In this document: positions 10,761 through 24,076 of the stretch, piece after piece
Position numbering within the stretch: the first letter of the stretch is position 1
Layout of the letters: every line of letters starts with the position of its first letter
Assembly: GCF_009914755.1 (NCBI RefSeq)
Contig: NC_060928.1
Direction: 5' to 3' (one strand)
Origin: the human T2T-CHM13v2.0 reference genome, Homo sapiens
Length of the DNA stretch: 64,000 bases
Notes under the pieces: generated by a model
Database searches by the model: none
Told to the model about the DNA's origin: nothing
Seen by the model: the letters and a program-made list of their open reading frames with translations, nothing else
Translations under genes and position numbers: made by a program

Positions 10761-13700
10761 CACATTTACCAAGAATATCAACGTGACATACGGGAATTTC
10801 ATTTTTGGCAGGTACTAGAGTAAGATGTTGCCAACCCTAGAGAATGGGGTCTTTCCTTTATGAAAGGCATGTGCAATACTGGCAGCAACTAAAAATGGCA
10901 ATGTGGATGCCAAAATTACTGTTGCACTTAAATTGTGGTAGTACTACATAATCAGGACCACCCAACTTTTGGTCTTCCAAAAGAAGGAGTGGCTATCTAT
11001 TTAAGGCATAAGAAAATTACCAGCATAGTAAAGAACAGCTTCAATAAAGTATTTGTTCAAGCAAAATCAAACTACAGTCAAATTAGATGACTACACCACT
11101 AATTGCTAGAACAGTAGGAAGCAGGATGTTATTAAAAATTTATGAACATAGGCATCAAGTGAAATACTTGTAAAACAGAAACAAAATACATTAAAATGTT
11201 TTTGGCCCAAAATCAAATTCACATATTGAATAAGAGTCAAAACAAGGTATAACATTCTTGTAATAGTAGTTATAATGAACATAAACAGCAGCTGAAAAAA
11301 ATAACCCCACACTTGATACTTAGGGGATTTGCCTAAACACAAAGAAAACAAATACCTTTATTTTTCTCTTCTCCACTTCCAGATATTATTTTAGGTGACA
11401 CTACAGGCAGTGAGAACTGCTATAGGATTAATGCATCTTAAAGACTTTCTTGCGTTGAAAGGAAGATGAATCCCAAATCCTATAGGGTAAAATTTGGTGG
11501 GAGCAGGTAAAGAGTCAAAATGTAGGTTTTTGAAGAGCTCTGTCCAAAGTTGAAGGGCCGACATTAAGTCAGGGAACAAAGCTACACAAAGAAAGGGTAG
11601 GGCTTAAATATTTTTAGCTCCTTTCATTTGAACTAAGGGGATGGTCACAACATCAATTTTGTATCTTTCTTCTTCTATGTTGTAACATCCACCAATCATC
11701 CCCATTCCTTGGGCAAAGATGATTAAAACCACAGGAAGTCATGTGGAGATGTTAAGGATGTACCTTCAGGAGAAGACTAAAATATTAGGCAATAAAAAAG
11801 AAGTGTAACTTTTCTAATACCCCCTTCTCCAGAGGCCAGTGTACAGACAGATGCATCAAGAAAGCAATAGTTCCCAAATACTAGTTCCCAAACTATCAAT
11901 GTGAAAAGGAGACCAAGCAGCACTGAGATATATAAAAGGAGCACGAGATGGAGAGAAGCTGCTGCCAAGATGACATCTCAATACTGCACATGAAACACCC
12001 CCTGCACCTACCATGTATCCTAGAGGTGACCCCTAGGTTACATACATAACAGATAAGATGCTGATCTTCTAAAATCTATCAGAGAAGTGAGGGAACAGGA
12101 CAAATCACGGCTCCAAAAACTGGGGAGACAGACAGGCAGATACAGAGAATCAAAACTTAACTGGAACTCAGCAGAAACCAGTGCCAGGATAGGAAAACCC
12201 GAAGTGTAGTTGATGAATTGCTGGAGATTCAGTAGGGACAGCAATGAGAATCAAAAACTCCAGAGGGACACAGTAATGGGGCCCCCACACTTTTGTGAGT
12301 TTTATCTCTAGGAGCTCTGCCAGGGGCTCGCAGTGAATACTGGAGAAAAAGACAGTGAATGTCATGCTTTCAGATGAAGGAGGGGAAATAAGCCATTTTG
12401 AAATAACAACAGCATTTTATTCTTGTCAACAAGGCCTCCATCAGGAGAATCTATTTTCACAGAGCATAGCCTGTTGCGATTTTATCAGAGCCTGATCAAC
12501 CTGAAGATTAGGAAAATCTTCCTCTAGCCATGTTATCCTACTTAAGGGAAAGGGGAAATAAGAAGCACTGGTGAGGTTCACAGCTCAAGGGCACAGCTTA
12601 CCAAAAACTGAGACCTAATCATAGAATTGTAGAACTCTCCTCCTCTCCCCACACCTTACCACATTACTAAAGGCCTATTTACCACAGTTCCTTTTACCCA
12701 GTTTATCATGCCCACCTCTCAAAAGTGATTACAAGGCATACTAAAAAGCAAAACATATGGTGTCAGAGACTGAACAAGCATCAGAACCAGAGTCAGATAT
12801 GATAAGAATGTTGGAATTATCAAACCAGGATTTTTTAAACTGTAATTAATATGCTAAGGGCTTTAAAGGTAAAAGTATATAATATGCAAGGAGAGATGAT
12901 TAATGTAAGCAAAGAGACAGAAATTATAAAAAAGCATTAAAAAAGGAGTGCTAAGGATTTAAAACACTGTAACACAAATGAAGAATGCCTTGATGGACTC
13001 AGTAGCAGACAGGACATGGCTGAGGAGAAGAATCTCTGAACTTGAGAATGTGACAATGGAAACTTTCAAAACTGAAAACTAAAGAGAAAAATGACAGAAA
13101 AGGAAAATAAAACAGAATATTTAAGAACTGCGAGACAACTACGGAAGTGTAACATGCGTAATAGGAATATCAGAAGGAGAAGAAAGAGAAAAAAAAACAG
13201 AAGTAATATTTGTAACAATGATGACTGAGAATTTTCCAAAATAAATGTCAGACACCAAACCACACATGAATACCAAGCAGGATAAATGCCCCCACACTAC
13301 ACCTAGGTATACATATCACATTCAAACTTCAGAAATCAAATATAAACAAAAATCTTGAAAGAGACCAGAGGGGGAGAAAAACACCTTATCTATTGAGGAA
13401 CAATCTAAATAGAATAAGAATTACGTCCAATTTCTTCTCAGAACCCATGTAAACGAGAAGAAAGTAGAGGGAAATATTTAAAGTGTTGAGGGAAAAAGGA
13501 CCATCAAAATAGATTCTGTACTCTGTGAAATTATTCTTCATAAATAAAGAAGAATCAAAACTTTCTCAAACAAAAATTGAGAGAATTTGCTGCCAGTGGA
13601 ACCACCTTGCAATAAATATTAGAAGTTCTTCAGACAGGAGAAAAAATATTAGGTCAGAAACTCAAATCTCCACAACCAAAGTGCATCAGGGAATGACTAA

Positions 13701-14330
13701 GTGAAAGTAAAATGGAAACTGTTATTTCCCTTATTCTTAGTTGGTCTAACAAATGCTACTTTATTCAAAATAATAGCAACAATGTATTCAGTTATGTGTG
13801 CTCATGTGTATTATATATATGCTTATATATACTTATGCATAAGAGAAATGACAGCAATGATACAAGAGATGGAAGAAAGACATTAGGAATATTAGAAATA
13901 TTTTGATATTATAAGTTATTTGCACTATCTGTGAAGTGGTGTAGTGTATTTAGAAAGTGGACTCAGATTACTTGTAAAGTGTATTGCAAACTCTGGAGCA
14001 ACTACTTAAAACCAGTGTTTTTAAAAAGATAAAAATAAAAAAGAAGTATAACTGATGTGCTAAAAAAGGAAGAAAATGGAATGATATAAAATGCTCAATT
14101 AAAACCAAAAAGGCAGAAAAAAATGTAGAATATAAAATAGAAACAAAAGAACAAGGACAACAAACAAAAAACAGTACCAAATATGGTATAATCACTTTAA
14201 ACATCAGTGGTCGAAATACAGCAATTAAAATACAGAAATTATCAGAGTAAATAAAAAACAATAATTGATACACTTTGTCTCCAAGAAATCCAATTAAAAT
14301 ATAAAGACATATAGACTAAAAGTATTAATA

Positions 14331-14630
14331 GAGAAAGGGGAGATGTTGATCAAAGGGTACAATGTTTCAGTTAGACTTGAATGAGTTTTAGTGATCTATT
14401 GCACTGCATAGTGACCCCAGTTAATAATAATATATTGTATATTTCAAAATTGTTAAAATAATGCATTTTAAACATTCGCACCACAAAAAAAGATAACACA
14501 CGTGAGGTGATGGGTATGTTAATTACCCTGATTTACTCTTTCTACAACATATACATGTAACACTACATCACGTTGTACTTCATAAATATATATAATTATT
14601 ACTTGTCAATTAAAAATATAAGCAAATAAA
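14331..14630 (+). mobile_element. L1MA 3' fragment nested in the L1MC1
   Basis: GGGGAGATGTTGATCAAAGGGTAC...GTGAGGTGATGGGTATGTTAATT...GTCAATTAAAAA; the host sequence resumes after it. Confidence 0.8.
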
Positions 14631-16644
14631 GTAAAAATAAAGGTTTTGAGAAAGATGTACCACGGGAACACTAATCAAAAGAAAGCTGGAGTAACTATAT
14701 TAATCTTAGACAGAGCAGTCTTCAGAGAAAGAAAAGTTATCAGGAATAGAGTTTTACATAATAATAATAAAGGGGTTAACATTTCAAGAAGACGAAACAA
14801 GTCTTAATGTGTATGTGCCCAACAAAAGGGCATCAAATTATGTAAGCCAAAAACTGATAGAATTGCAAGAAGAAATATATTAATCCATTATTACAGTTGG
14901 ACACTTACACCCCTCTGTCAGAAATGGACAGATCCACCACACAGAAAATCGATGAACTCAACAGACCCATCAATCAACTGGGGGTATAAGTGACATATAT
15001 GGACTACTTCATCAACCAACAGCAGACTACACATTCTTCTCAATTTCACATGAAACATTCACCAAGATACCCCACATTTTTGGACTAAAACATGCCTTAA
15101 CAAACTTAAAAGAATAGAAAGTATAAAATGTTTGCTGGCAGATAACAATGGAATGAAACTGGAAATCAAAAACAGCTAAAACATCCCAAAATACTTAGAG
15201 ATTAAACAATATACTTCTAAATAACACATAGGTCAAAGAAGAACTCTCAAGAGAACTGTTTAAATATTTTGAACTAAATGAAAATAAAAATAGACCTTAC
15301 CAAAATTTGTGGAATGTAGTGAAAGCAGTGCTTAGAGGAAAATTTATAGCATTGGATGCACGTATTAGAAAAGAAGAAATATCTAAAATTAATAATCTAA
15401 GCTTCCACATTAGGAAACTAAAAAAGAACAAATTAAATCCAGAATAAGCAGAATAAAAGAAATAATAAAAGAGCAGAAAGTAAAGAAATAAGAAATTAAT
15501 AGAGAAAATCGGCAAAACTCAAAACTGGTTCTTTGGAAAAAATCAATAAAATTGATAAGCCTCTAGAGAACACACAAATTGCTGATAAAGGATATGAGAG
15601 TAGGAATATCACTACAGATCCCATGGACATTACAAGGATAACAAAAGAATACTATGAACAGCTCTATGCCCATAGATTAAATAAATCAACTCCTTGAAAC
15701 ACACAAACTGCCCAAACTCACTTACACAGATCTGAGTACGCCTATTAATGAATGAATAATTAACACTCTTCCAAAACAGCACCAAACCAAGATAGCTTGA
15801 GTGAATTCTACCAAACATTTAAAAAGAGAAAGTATATCAATTCTCTAAAAAGCTCTACAAGAAGATAGAAACAGAGGAAGTACTTCCTAACTTATTCTAC
15901 AGGGCCAGCATTATCCTAACACCAAAACCAGTTAAAGTCATCAGAAGAAAAGAAAGCCTATCAATCAATATCTCTCATAAACACAGATGCAAAAATCTTC
16001 AACAAAATACTAGCAAATAAAATTCAACAATGTATAAAAATAATGATACACCAAAACCAACTAGAAGTTATCCCCAGTATGCAAGGCTGGCTCCATATTT
16101 AAAAATTCATTAAGGCAATCCATCACAGCACAAGGCTAAAAAAGAAAAATCACATGGTCTGCATCTATAGATTCAGAAAAACCATGTGACAAAATGCAAC
16201 ACCCATTAATGATAAAAACTCTCAGCAAATTAATACAGAAGAGCCTCTACCGGATAAAGAACATTGACAAAAACCTACAGCAAACATCATACTTAAGAGT
16301 GAGAAACTCAAAGCTTTCCAGTTTAGATCAGGAACAAGGCAAGATGTCTCTTCTCACCACTGCTTTTCAACATTGTATTGGAAGTCTAGCTAATGTAATA
16401 AGACAAGAAGAGGAAATTAAAAGGTATACAGGTTGGGAAGGAAAAAATAAAACTGCCTCTTTTTTTGTAGATGATATGATTGCCTATGGAGAAAATTGGA
16501 AAAATAAACAAAAAACAACTCTCTCAGATTTAATAAGCAATTATAACAAGATTTCAGGATAAAAGGTTAATATGCAAAAGTCAATTGCTTTTTTATATTC
16601 CAACAATAAGTAAGAAGAATTTGAAATTGAAAACACATTACCAA

Positions 16645-16944
16645 GCCAGGTGTGGTGGCTCATACCTGTAATCCCAGCATTTTGGGAGGCCAAGGCTAGT
16701 GGATTGCTTGAGCCCAGGAGTTTGAGACCAGCCTGGGAAACACGGCAAAACTCCATCTTTACAAAAAATGCAAAAATTAGCTTGGTGTGGTGGCATGCAC
16801 CTGTTGTCTCAGCTACTTAAGAGGCTGAGGTGGAAGGATCAATTGAGCCAGAGGGTGGAAGCTACAGTGAGCTGTGATTGTGCCACTGTCCTCCAGCATG
16901 GGCAACAGAGTGAGACTCTGTCTCAACAAAAGAAAAAAAAAAAA
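16645..16944 (+). mobile_element. AluJ (Jb-like) nested in the L1MC1
   Basis: GGATTGCTTGAGCCCAGGAGTTTGAGACC; poly(A) tail. Confidence 0.92.
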
Positions 16945-19849
16945 ATTCAAAAACAATTATTATTTACATTAGCACCCAAAACAATAAAATACTTAGATAT
17001 AAATCTAAAAAAAATGTGCAAGATCTATATGAGGAAAACTACAAAACTCTGATGAAAGATATCAAAGAAGAACCAAATAAATGGAGAGACATTCCATATT
17101 CATGGACAGGAATATTCAATATTATCAAGACATCAATTTTTCCCATCTTAATCTATAGATTCAATGCAATCCCAATCAAAATCCCAGCAAGTTACTTTGT
17201 GGATGTCAACAAACTGATTCTAAGGTTGATATAGAGTGGCAAAAGATCCAGAATAACTAACTCAATACTGAAGAACAAATTTGAAGGACTAACAAAAGTA
17301 TAAAACTCCTATGTGATAACACAGGAGAAATCATAGATAAACTTGGATTTTGTGATGACATTTTAGATAAAACCCCAAAGTGACAAACTATGAAAAATAT
17401 AACTGGACCTCATTAAAATTAAAATCTACTCTGTGAAAAACAATGTAAAGAGAATGAGAAGACAGACTGGGAGAAAATATTTGCAAGAAGCATCTGATAA
17501 AGGGTGATTATCTCAAATATACAAAGAACTCCTAAAACTCAACTATAAGAAAACTAACAACCTAATTAAAAAGCGGACAAAAGATCTAAAAAGGTAGCTC
17601 ACCAAAGAAAATAAACAGATGACAACTAAACATATGAAAATTTCAGTGGCATATGTCATTAGGAATTGTAAATTAAAACAACAATAAGATATTACTATAC
17701 ACCTATTAGAATGACCAAAATCTAAAACCCTGACAACACCAAATGATGGCAAAGATGTGGAGCAGAAGGGACTCTCATTCATTGCTTGTGGGAATGCCAA
17801 ATGATACAGCCACTTTGGAAGAAAGTTTGGCAGTTTCTTACAAAATGAAACATACTCTTACCACATGATTCAGCAATAATGCTCCTTGATATTTACCGAA
17901 AGGAACCAAAAACTTATATCCACACAAAAATCTTCACTCAAATGTTTAAAACAGCATTATTCATAATTGCCAAAACTTGTAAATAATCAAGATGTCCTTC
18001 AATAGGTGAAAGGATAAACTGTGATACATCCAGACAATGGAATATCATATCATTCAGGCTAAAAAGAGATGAGCTATCAAGCCATGAACAGACATGGATG
18101 AAACTTAGATGCATACTAATAAGTGAATGAAACCAACCTGGAAAGGCGACATATTATATGATTCCAGCTATATGATATTCTGAAAAAGGCAAAACTATGG
18201 AGACAGCAAAAAGATTAGTAGCTGCCAAGGGTTAGAGGAGAGGGAGGGATGAACAGTCTGAGCACAGAGGATTTTAGGATGGTGAAACTGTTCTGTAGGA
18301 TACTACAGTGTTGGCTACCTGACATTATACATTTGCTCAAACCCACAGAATGTCCAGTGCCAAGAGGGAACCCTAATGTAAACTATGGACTCCGGGTGAT
18401 AATGATGTGTCAGAGTCAGCTTATTGATTGTAATGAAGGTACCACTATGGCATGGGATGTTGATAGCACAGGAAGGTGAAGGGTGGGCAGGTACATGGGA
18501 ATTCTCTGCGCTTTCCACTCAGTTTTGCTATAAACCTAAAACTACTCTAAAAATTTAAGTTTATTAGAAGGAAGGAAGTGAGGGGAATCGAGGGGAGAAG
18601 AAGGGAAGTCTGTCATAAATTTGGCAGCAAAAGTAGATAGAATGTGAGTTATGCCCAAGATGCCCACAAAGAAAGTGCTATAGGAATTAGGAAAGGAAGA
18701 CATTACTTATATGTTGTAACATGTAAGTTATACCTTATAGCAACTTTGATTATGGGACTGTGATGAATTCCCAATGAACTTTCTAGGGGAAACAAGTCAT
18801 AATTCTAATGGAAGGACATTTGGAGCTGTGAATGTTATCAAGGACAGAAAGACACATGTAAGCATGGTTTTTGGATATAACCAAAAGTATATTTGACAGT
18901 AAATCTACTAAGCAATAACTTTCCAGGAAAATATGGAACCATGAACATAGAGAAATATACTTATTGAGTTATTCACACACTTTGACAGTCCTCAGAAATA
19001 AGCCAATGCCAAGGAATGACCGTAGAGCAGACAAGTATAAAGACAATCAAGACTTGTGGGGGACTGTGCTGTTCAGCACTAATCATGCCAGATGACATAG
19101 CTAGTTATCTGCAGTTTGCTTATTTAATAAAAGAAGCTAAAATGTAACTATTGCGGACCCACAAAAGCTATGCAAGGAGAATCAAATATCCTGCAAATTA
19201 ATCCCACTATTTAAGGGATTTGAAATTTCTTCCCAAAGATATCTATTTGATACCTTTCAAGTGTAGGGCAGAATATTCACATAAATAGCTGAGTTGTGGG
19301 GTATTTATCAAATTTTCTCTGACAACAAGAACTTTAATAAGGATGTCTTCCCTCCCCAATAAATGAACAAACAGCAGCCATAAAAATAAGGATCCAATGC
19401 CAGTGATACTAGAGTGACTGCCTAAAAAAAAAACAGGTTGTTTTTCCTTTAAATATAATCTATAAACTTTTGCTTACTGAAACAAAATCATATCATTCTA
19501 TTAAATATGTCCTCCTAAATGAAACCTTATTTTAATTATTTTCACAATCTGATCTATAGTAAGCCTAGCCCATATTAATAATGTGAGCTAAAGGGATAAA
19601 TAAATAAATAAGTTGATATGATTAAGTTCTGGCAAAAATAGAGTTTAGGTAAATTAATAACTACATGGAAATACAAACCATAAAGTAAACTGAACTTCTC
19701 CCTAACAAAATATGTATGGAGTAATATGCTTATATTTGAACCAAAGATTAAGAAGTACAGCATTTCACAATTACAAAGAAATAATATTCTATTGATAATG
19801 CTGGAATTGAAAAATGAAATTATTTCCACATTAACATAAAGAATCATGA

Positions 19850-20004
19850 TATATATGCAATTATTCTAAGGTGTTCAATGAGGTCAGATGTTGCTGTTGG
19901 ACATAGGCCTCGGTTCTACAGCCATCACGGATTATTCCTCCCTCTTTAGGATTTCTCCTTCATCTTGAAACCCCTGTATCTCCCTGATCCTGATTTGTGT
20001 GCCT
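19850..20004 (-). other. Candidate (terminal) exon of the - strand transcript; 3' end uncertain
   Basis: Acceptor cttgtttgtttccatttgtgtgtcag|AGGCAC; purine-rich body; phase-1 reading EAHKSGSGRYRGFKMKEKS*. Confidence 0.3.
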
Positions 20005-20030
20005 CTGACACACAAATGGAAACAAACAAG
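19950..20030 (+). other. Candidate 81-nt + strand exon
   Basis: Acceptor ttcctccctctttag|GAT, donor AAG|gtaagt (full consensus); phase-0 frame open (DFSFILKPLYLPDPDLCASDTQMETNK). Confidence 0.35.
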
Positions 20031-21689
20031 GTAAGTTTATACAAGTTGAGAAACAGATACATAAAATCTACATGCTACTTCAACCTATTTTGCCCAGTCC
20101 CAAACTTTTCACTAATGACTTTACATTAAAAGTTCAGAGTATGTTTCATTCACAAAAAAATATTTCACAAAATGTAAAACTAGAAATACATAAGGAAAAA
20201 CTCTACTTTCTATTATTTTACTATTCTGTTTCAGGCACTGACATTGACTTTAAAATTTGTAAAATCAGCATTTTACTTCATGCAAATGGTATTTTTGACA
20301 ATCCCTGCTCCTTATATTTCTTTAATTTTATGCAGTAAGATGGTTATTCAGCTTTCCTCTCCCATGTATTTTTCAGCATTTTATTCTGACTTAAATTCAA
20401 GGTTTTAATTAACGTCCTAAAATGTAATTTTAAGTTATCCTATGCAATTATGTGGGCAAATTACTCAGAGAAGGCTAGACATTATTAGCTATAATCACCT
20501 TCTAAAATAAAAGTTTAAAATATATGATTTTGTGAAATTTTCCATTCTGGCTACAACCTCTCCTTACTAATACACAAAATTTTAATTTTATTTTTCTAGT
20601 CTAACTACAAAAGAATGTCACATAAAAAACATCAGCTCACAAAGACTGAAGAATTAAAATTTTTTTTCCAGCTTCTAATCTTTCATTGCTAGTAGAGAAT
20701 GGTTATCATGCCTTTAAAATAAATGTGTGTATTTAATTAAACTTAATTAAATAATTAAGTTTTCCCTCTACAGCAGATGTCCAACAATAAATGCAAAATG
20801 CTCCATCTCTCACCTTAAATTGTCCTAATTCCTAGAAAGATTTCTACCCAAAATCAAATGAGCAAAACAAAGAATTATATAGCCAAATAATACAGTTCTA
20901 CTAATTCATTCTTAAAAAAATCACACATTTACCTTTCTTCTTTGGGTAGAAAAACATATAGCAAGATATAAAAATATATGTATATATTATCTCCCCCTTA
21001 ACTTAAACTAGGAATTTGTCAATGAATATATTTAACTGTGTTTGATACTGACCAAATGTCCTGAAAGCTTGAAATAATCTATTTGTCATGGTAACTTAAT
21101 ATTACAGAATTTAAAAACAGAAAACAAAGCAAAACCCCCCCACACTTTTCGCCTAGAATAACAACAACAAAGGTAAGCAGAAGTGTCTTAAGATTTTATT
21201 CCACCTAAAAAGACTCTATTTTCTGATAGAATCTATGTCTACAGACAGGAAACTGAGTTATCAAAGGGATGTATAAAGTTAAACTCTATCTATTACTACA
21301 ATGTGTATGTGGAGAGAAGGCAGGTAGTAGATGGCTATCCCTTAAGGAACTAATCCTGATGGTATTACCTCACAAATGATGACAAGGACTTTTTGGAAGG
21401 CAGTTGCTGCAATCTAGGTAGTTCCTTCAATATGCAAATTTATCCCTAGTGACAGGGCAAATAGCCTTCTCAGGAAGTAACACTTCTAAATTACAGGAAC
21501 TGTGTGCTAAATACAGCTGGCAGGGTGCTGAACACCCGATTTCTTTCAATGAGTATATTTTCATGCTCACACTGAACCAGCTCTGAATGAATCTTCAAAA
21601 AGTGAGACTAAAACAGGCAACTTTAATACATCTTCTTAAACCAAGTATTTCTAGAATACAAACTGTCAACATTTCTTCGCTTCATTTCT

Positions 21690-21910
21690 CTACAAAATTA
21701 TTCCTAAGGTTTCTGTGCCCGTGGTCACTGGCTGAGAAGAACTAGCAGTTGATGGAACAGTTATTTTAACATCATTATTATTGTTGTAATGGTGATCAAT
21801 TTTCAACACATGGAATCTATGGCCTATTGCCACTGAAGAACAAACTGGATACTGGCACAACTCCTGTAGGAAAGAGGTAACAGTTGCCCCACACTGGAAG
21901 CCCGAGGGAG
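21690..21910 (-). other. Candidate exon with two acceptors (21910 and 21863); phase-1 frame open for 72 codons
   Basis: ctctttctttctgtgtttgtatctgatcag|CTCC and ttacctctttcctacag|GAG; frame PSGFQCGATV...TETLGIIL* ends at TAG 21692-21690. Confidence 0.35.
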
Positions 21911-22519
21911 CTGATCAGATACAAACACAGAAAGAAAGAGTGACATGATTTCAACATCAAGTAAACACAAACATTGCCATTTTTCTTGAATGATTATTAA
22001 ATAAGCAATATTTGGGGACCTTAAAAAATACTATCTACTAACCGTTACCTTTGTTGTTCTGAAGGAAACTAAAAGGTGGGAAGAGATATACATAATAACT
22101 CCAATTCATATTACTAAGCCACAAAGCTTTTTACTCCTTCACCAAGTTCTGTAATTATTTCCTATGTGCTTTGCTGTGCCGTAATATTTTTTGTAGGAAG
22201 AAAACATGTATGTAAGAAAATTTTATTATTTTGCTACTTGAAATGGAAAGAGGTTTTTTTTAAATCCCCAATGTTTTTCTAATCCTCACGGTAAAAAAGA
22301 AAAGTAAAGCATGCAAATGAAAAACATACTTTCTTGATAAATGTTGACATTTTTTTCTAAAAAGACAAACGTAGTCATCAGAGATTATTAACTTACTTTA
22401 TTTTGTATATAACTTCTTTTAAATCGAGACTTTCAAGGAATAAGAATGTATTTGCAAACAATGTGAATAAAATCTAAATCCAACTCTGAAAACAAGAAGG
22501 TAGAACAAAGCTTCCAAAC

Positions 22520-22585
22520 CTGGTCTGCTTTGACTTGAGATCAAGAACTTGGGAAAATTTCATTACCATATCACCATGTCACATA
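22520..22585 (-). other. Candidate 66-nt exon
   Basis: Acceptor ctgtgttttgtttttactgtcag|TATG; weak donor CAG|gtttgg; phase-1 reading VCDMVIW*. Confidence 0.28.
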
Positions 22586-22928
22586 CTGACAGTAAAAACA
22601 AAACACAGTGATATTAGGATATAATATAAATTTAAAACATTGCACATTTAAATAATGTTCTAAAGTTATAACAGCTCTTCTTATTTTAAGGACAAAAGAA
22701 GCCAGATTATAACAGATACTACAAGCTTACACAATGTCTATTGTATTTATTCCAAATATTAGATAACCTGATAATTTTCATTTTGAAAAGCTTTGAGATA
22801 CCACCTCTCGAGAAACTTCTCTCTTCACTTCTTCACTTCCCTTTTACATTCTTATTTTCCCAACTTATGTTTTCCCCAACTTTATGTTTTATATTAGATA
22901 ACCTGATAGCTTTTCATTTTGAAGACCT

Positions 22929-23044
22929 ACGAGTTAATGGGTGCAGCACACCAGCATGGCACATGTATACATATGTAACTAACCGGCACATTGTGCACAT
23001 GTACCCTAAAACTTAAAGTATAATAATAAAATTAAAAAAAAAAA
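22929..23044 (+). mobile_element. Very short L1PA3-like 3' fragment
   Basis: ACGAGTTAATGGGTGCAGCACACCAGCATGG...CCCTAAAACTTAAAGTATAATAATAAA plus poly(A). Confidence 0.93.
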
Positions 23045-23600
23045 GAAACGTCTCTCTTTACTTCTTCACTTCCCTTTTACATTCTTATTTTCCTAACTTA
23101 TGTTTTTCATTCAGTGAAATAACAGATGGGAACAATAACAGAAATGGAGAAAGAGATAAAAGCTTCAGAAGAGTGAATAAGAATTACTCATAATCACATG
23201 GCTCAAGGATGTTAGTTTTAAAAAGCTTAAAGAATTATTCATAATCTGATAGAATATTACACTGGCACAGTATATTATTTCTTGGCAATAAAATATTCCA
23301 AAGTGTTTTGATACATTTGAGTATGAGGACCATGCCTTCATTCCTTAGTGTGTGCTACTTTAATTAAACATCTATAAGGCGTAATAGAACTTCAGCACTG
23401 CTTGGTCATAATTTGGTCCATTATTCTTTCCAATACTCAAGGAAGAGATTAATTATCAATGTATAAGTAAATTCTAGTTGCAACAGTATGCAACAGTATG
23501 CCAAAGTAGAAAAATCATTGATTTTTGATTCATATATGTGAAGCACATAAACACAGCTCTAGTGGTTATTAGTTGGGTGTCCTCAGACAAGTTACTTTCT

Positions 23601-23744
23601 TTTATTTATTTATTTTTATTTTTAAATAGATACAGGGTCTCTCTATGTTGCCCAGGCTGGTCTCAAACTCCTGGGATCAAGCAATCTTCCCACCTTAGCT
23701 TCCCAAAGTGCTAGGATTACAAGTGTGAGCCACCGCGCCTGGCC
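23601..23744 (-). mobile_element. FLAM_C-like Alu monomer inserted in a MIR
   Basis: Single monomer; TSD ACAAGTTACTTTCT at 23587-23600 and 23747-23760; the flanks read as MIR core. Confidence 0.9.
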
Positions 23745-24076
23745 AAACAAGTTACTTTCTGAGCTTTAGATTCCACGTTAGTAAAGGAGAAAAAAAAGAA
23801 GAAAAACCAAACTCGAGGGGCTAAGTGGGCTAAAAATCAGTTGGTACTTAGTAGGCCGTAAACGTTAGCTGATTTCCTTGGCGTGAGACAACGAACCTCG
23901 GGTAGTTACCCCAGACAAGGACGCTGCTTTGCGAGTAGAAAAAAGAGGAGGCACAGCAATGCTCACAGTTAATGTATCATTCAGCTTAAGTGATTTTTAA
24001 ATCTTGCATAAAATAAACTTAAATAGAACCTAAATTTTCAAAACTAATGAGAAATGACAGAGTTATTCTTTCCTAT

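Larger units (their letters stand above)
12036..18565 (+). mobile_element. Near full-length degenerate L1MC1-like LINE (5' region, ORF1, ORF2 with an internal deletion, 3' UTR)
   Basis: ORF2 remnants in the ORF track (MQHPLMIKTLSKL; QDLYEENYKTLMKDIKEEPNKWRDIPYSW; [13 protein letters not shown]); L1MC1 3' UTR GAACCCTAATGTAAACTATGGACT...AAACCTAAAACTACTCTAAAA. Confidence 0.85.

Noticed and set aside
20814-20831. 18-nt - strand microexon (ELGQFK) with an AAG|gtgaga donor
   Set aside because: Poor polypyrimidine tract and a competing upstream AG.
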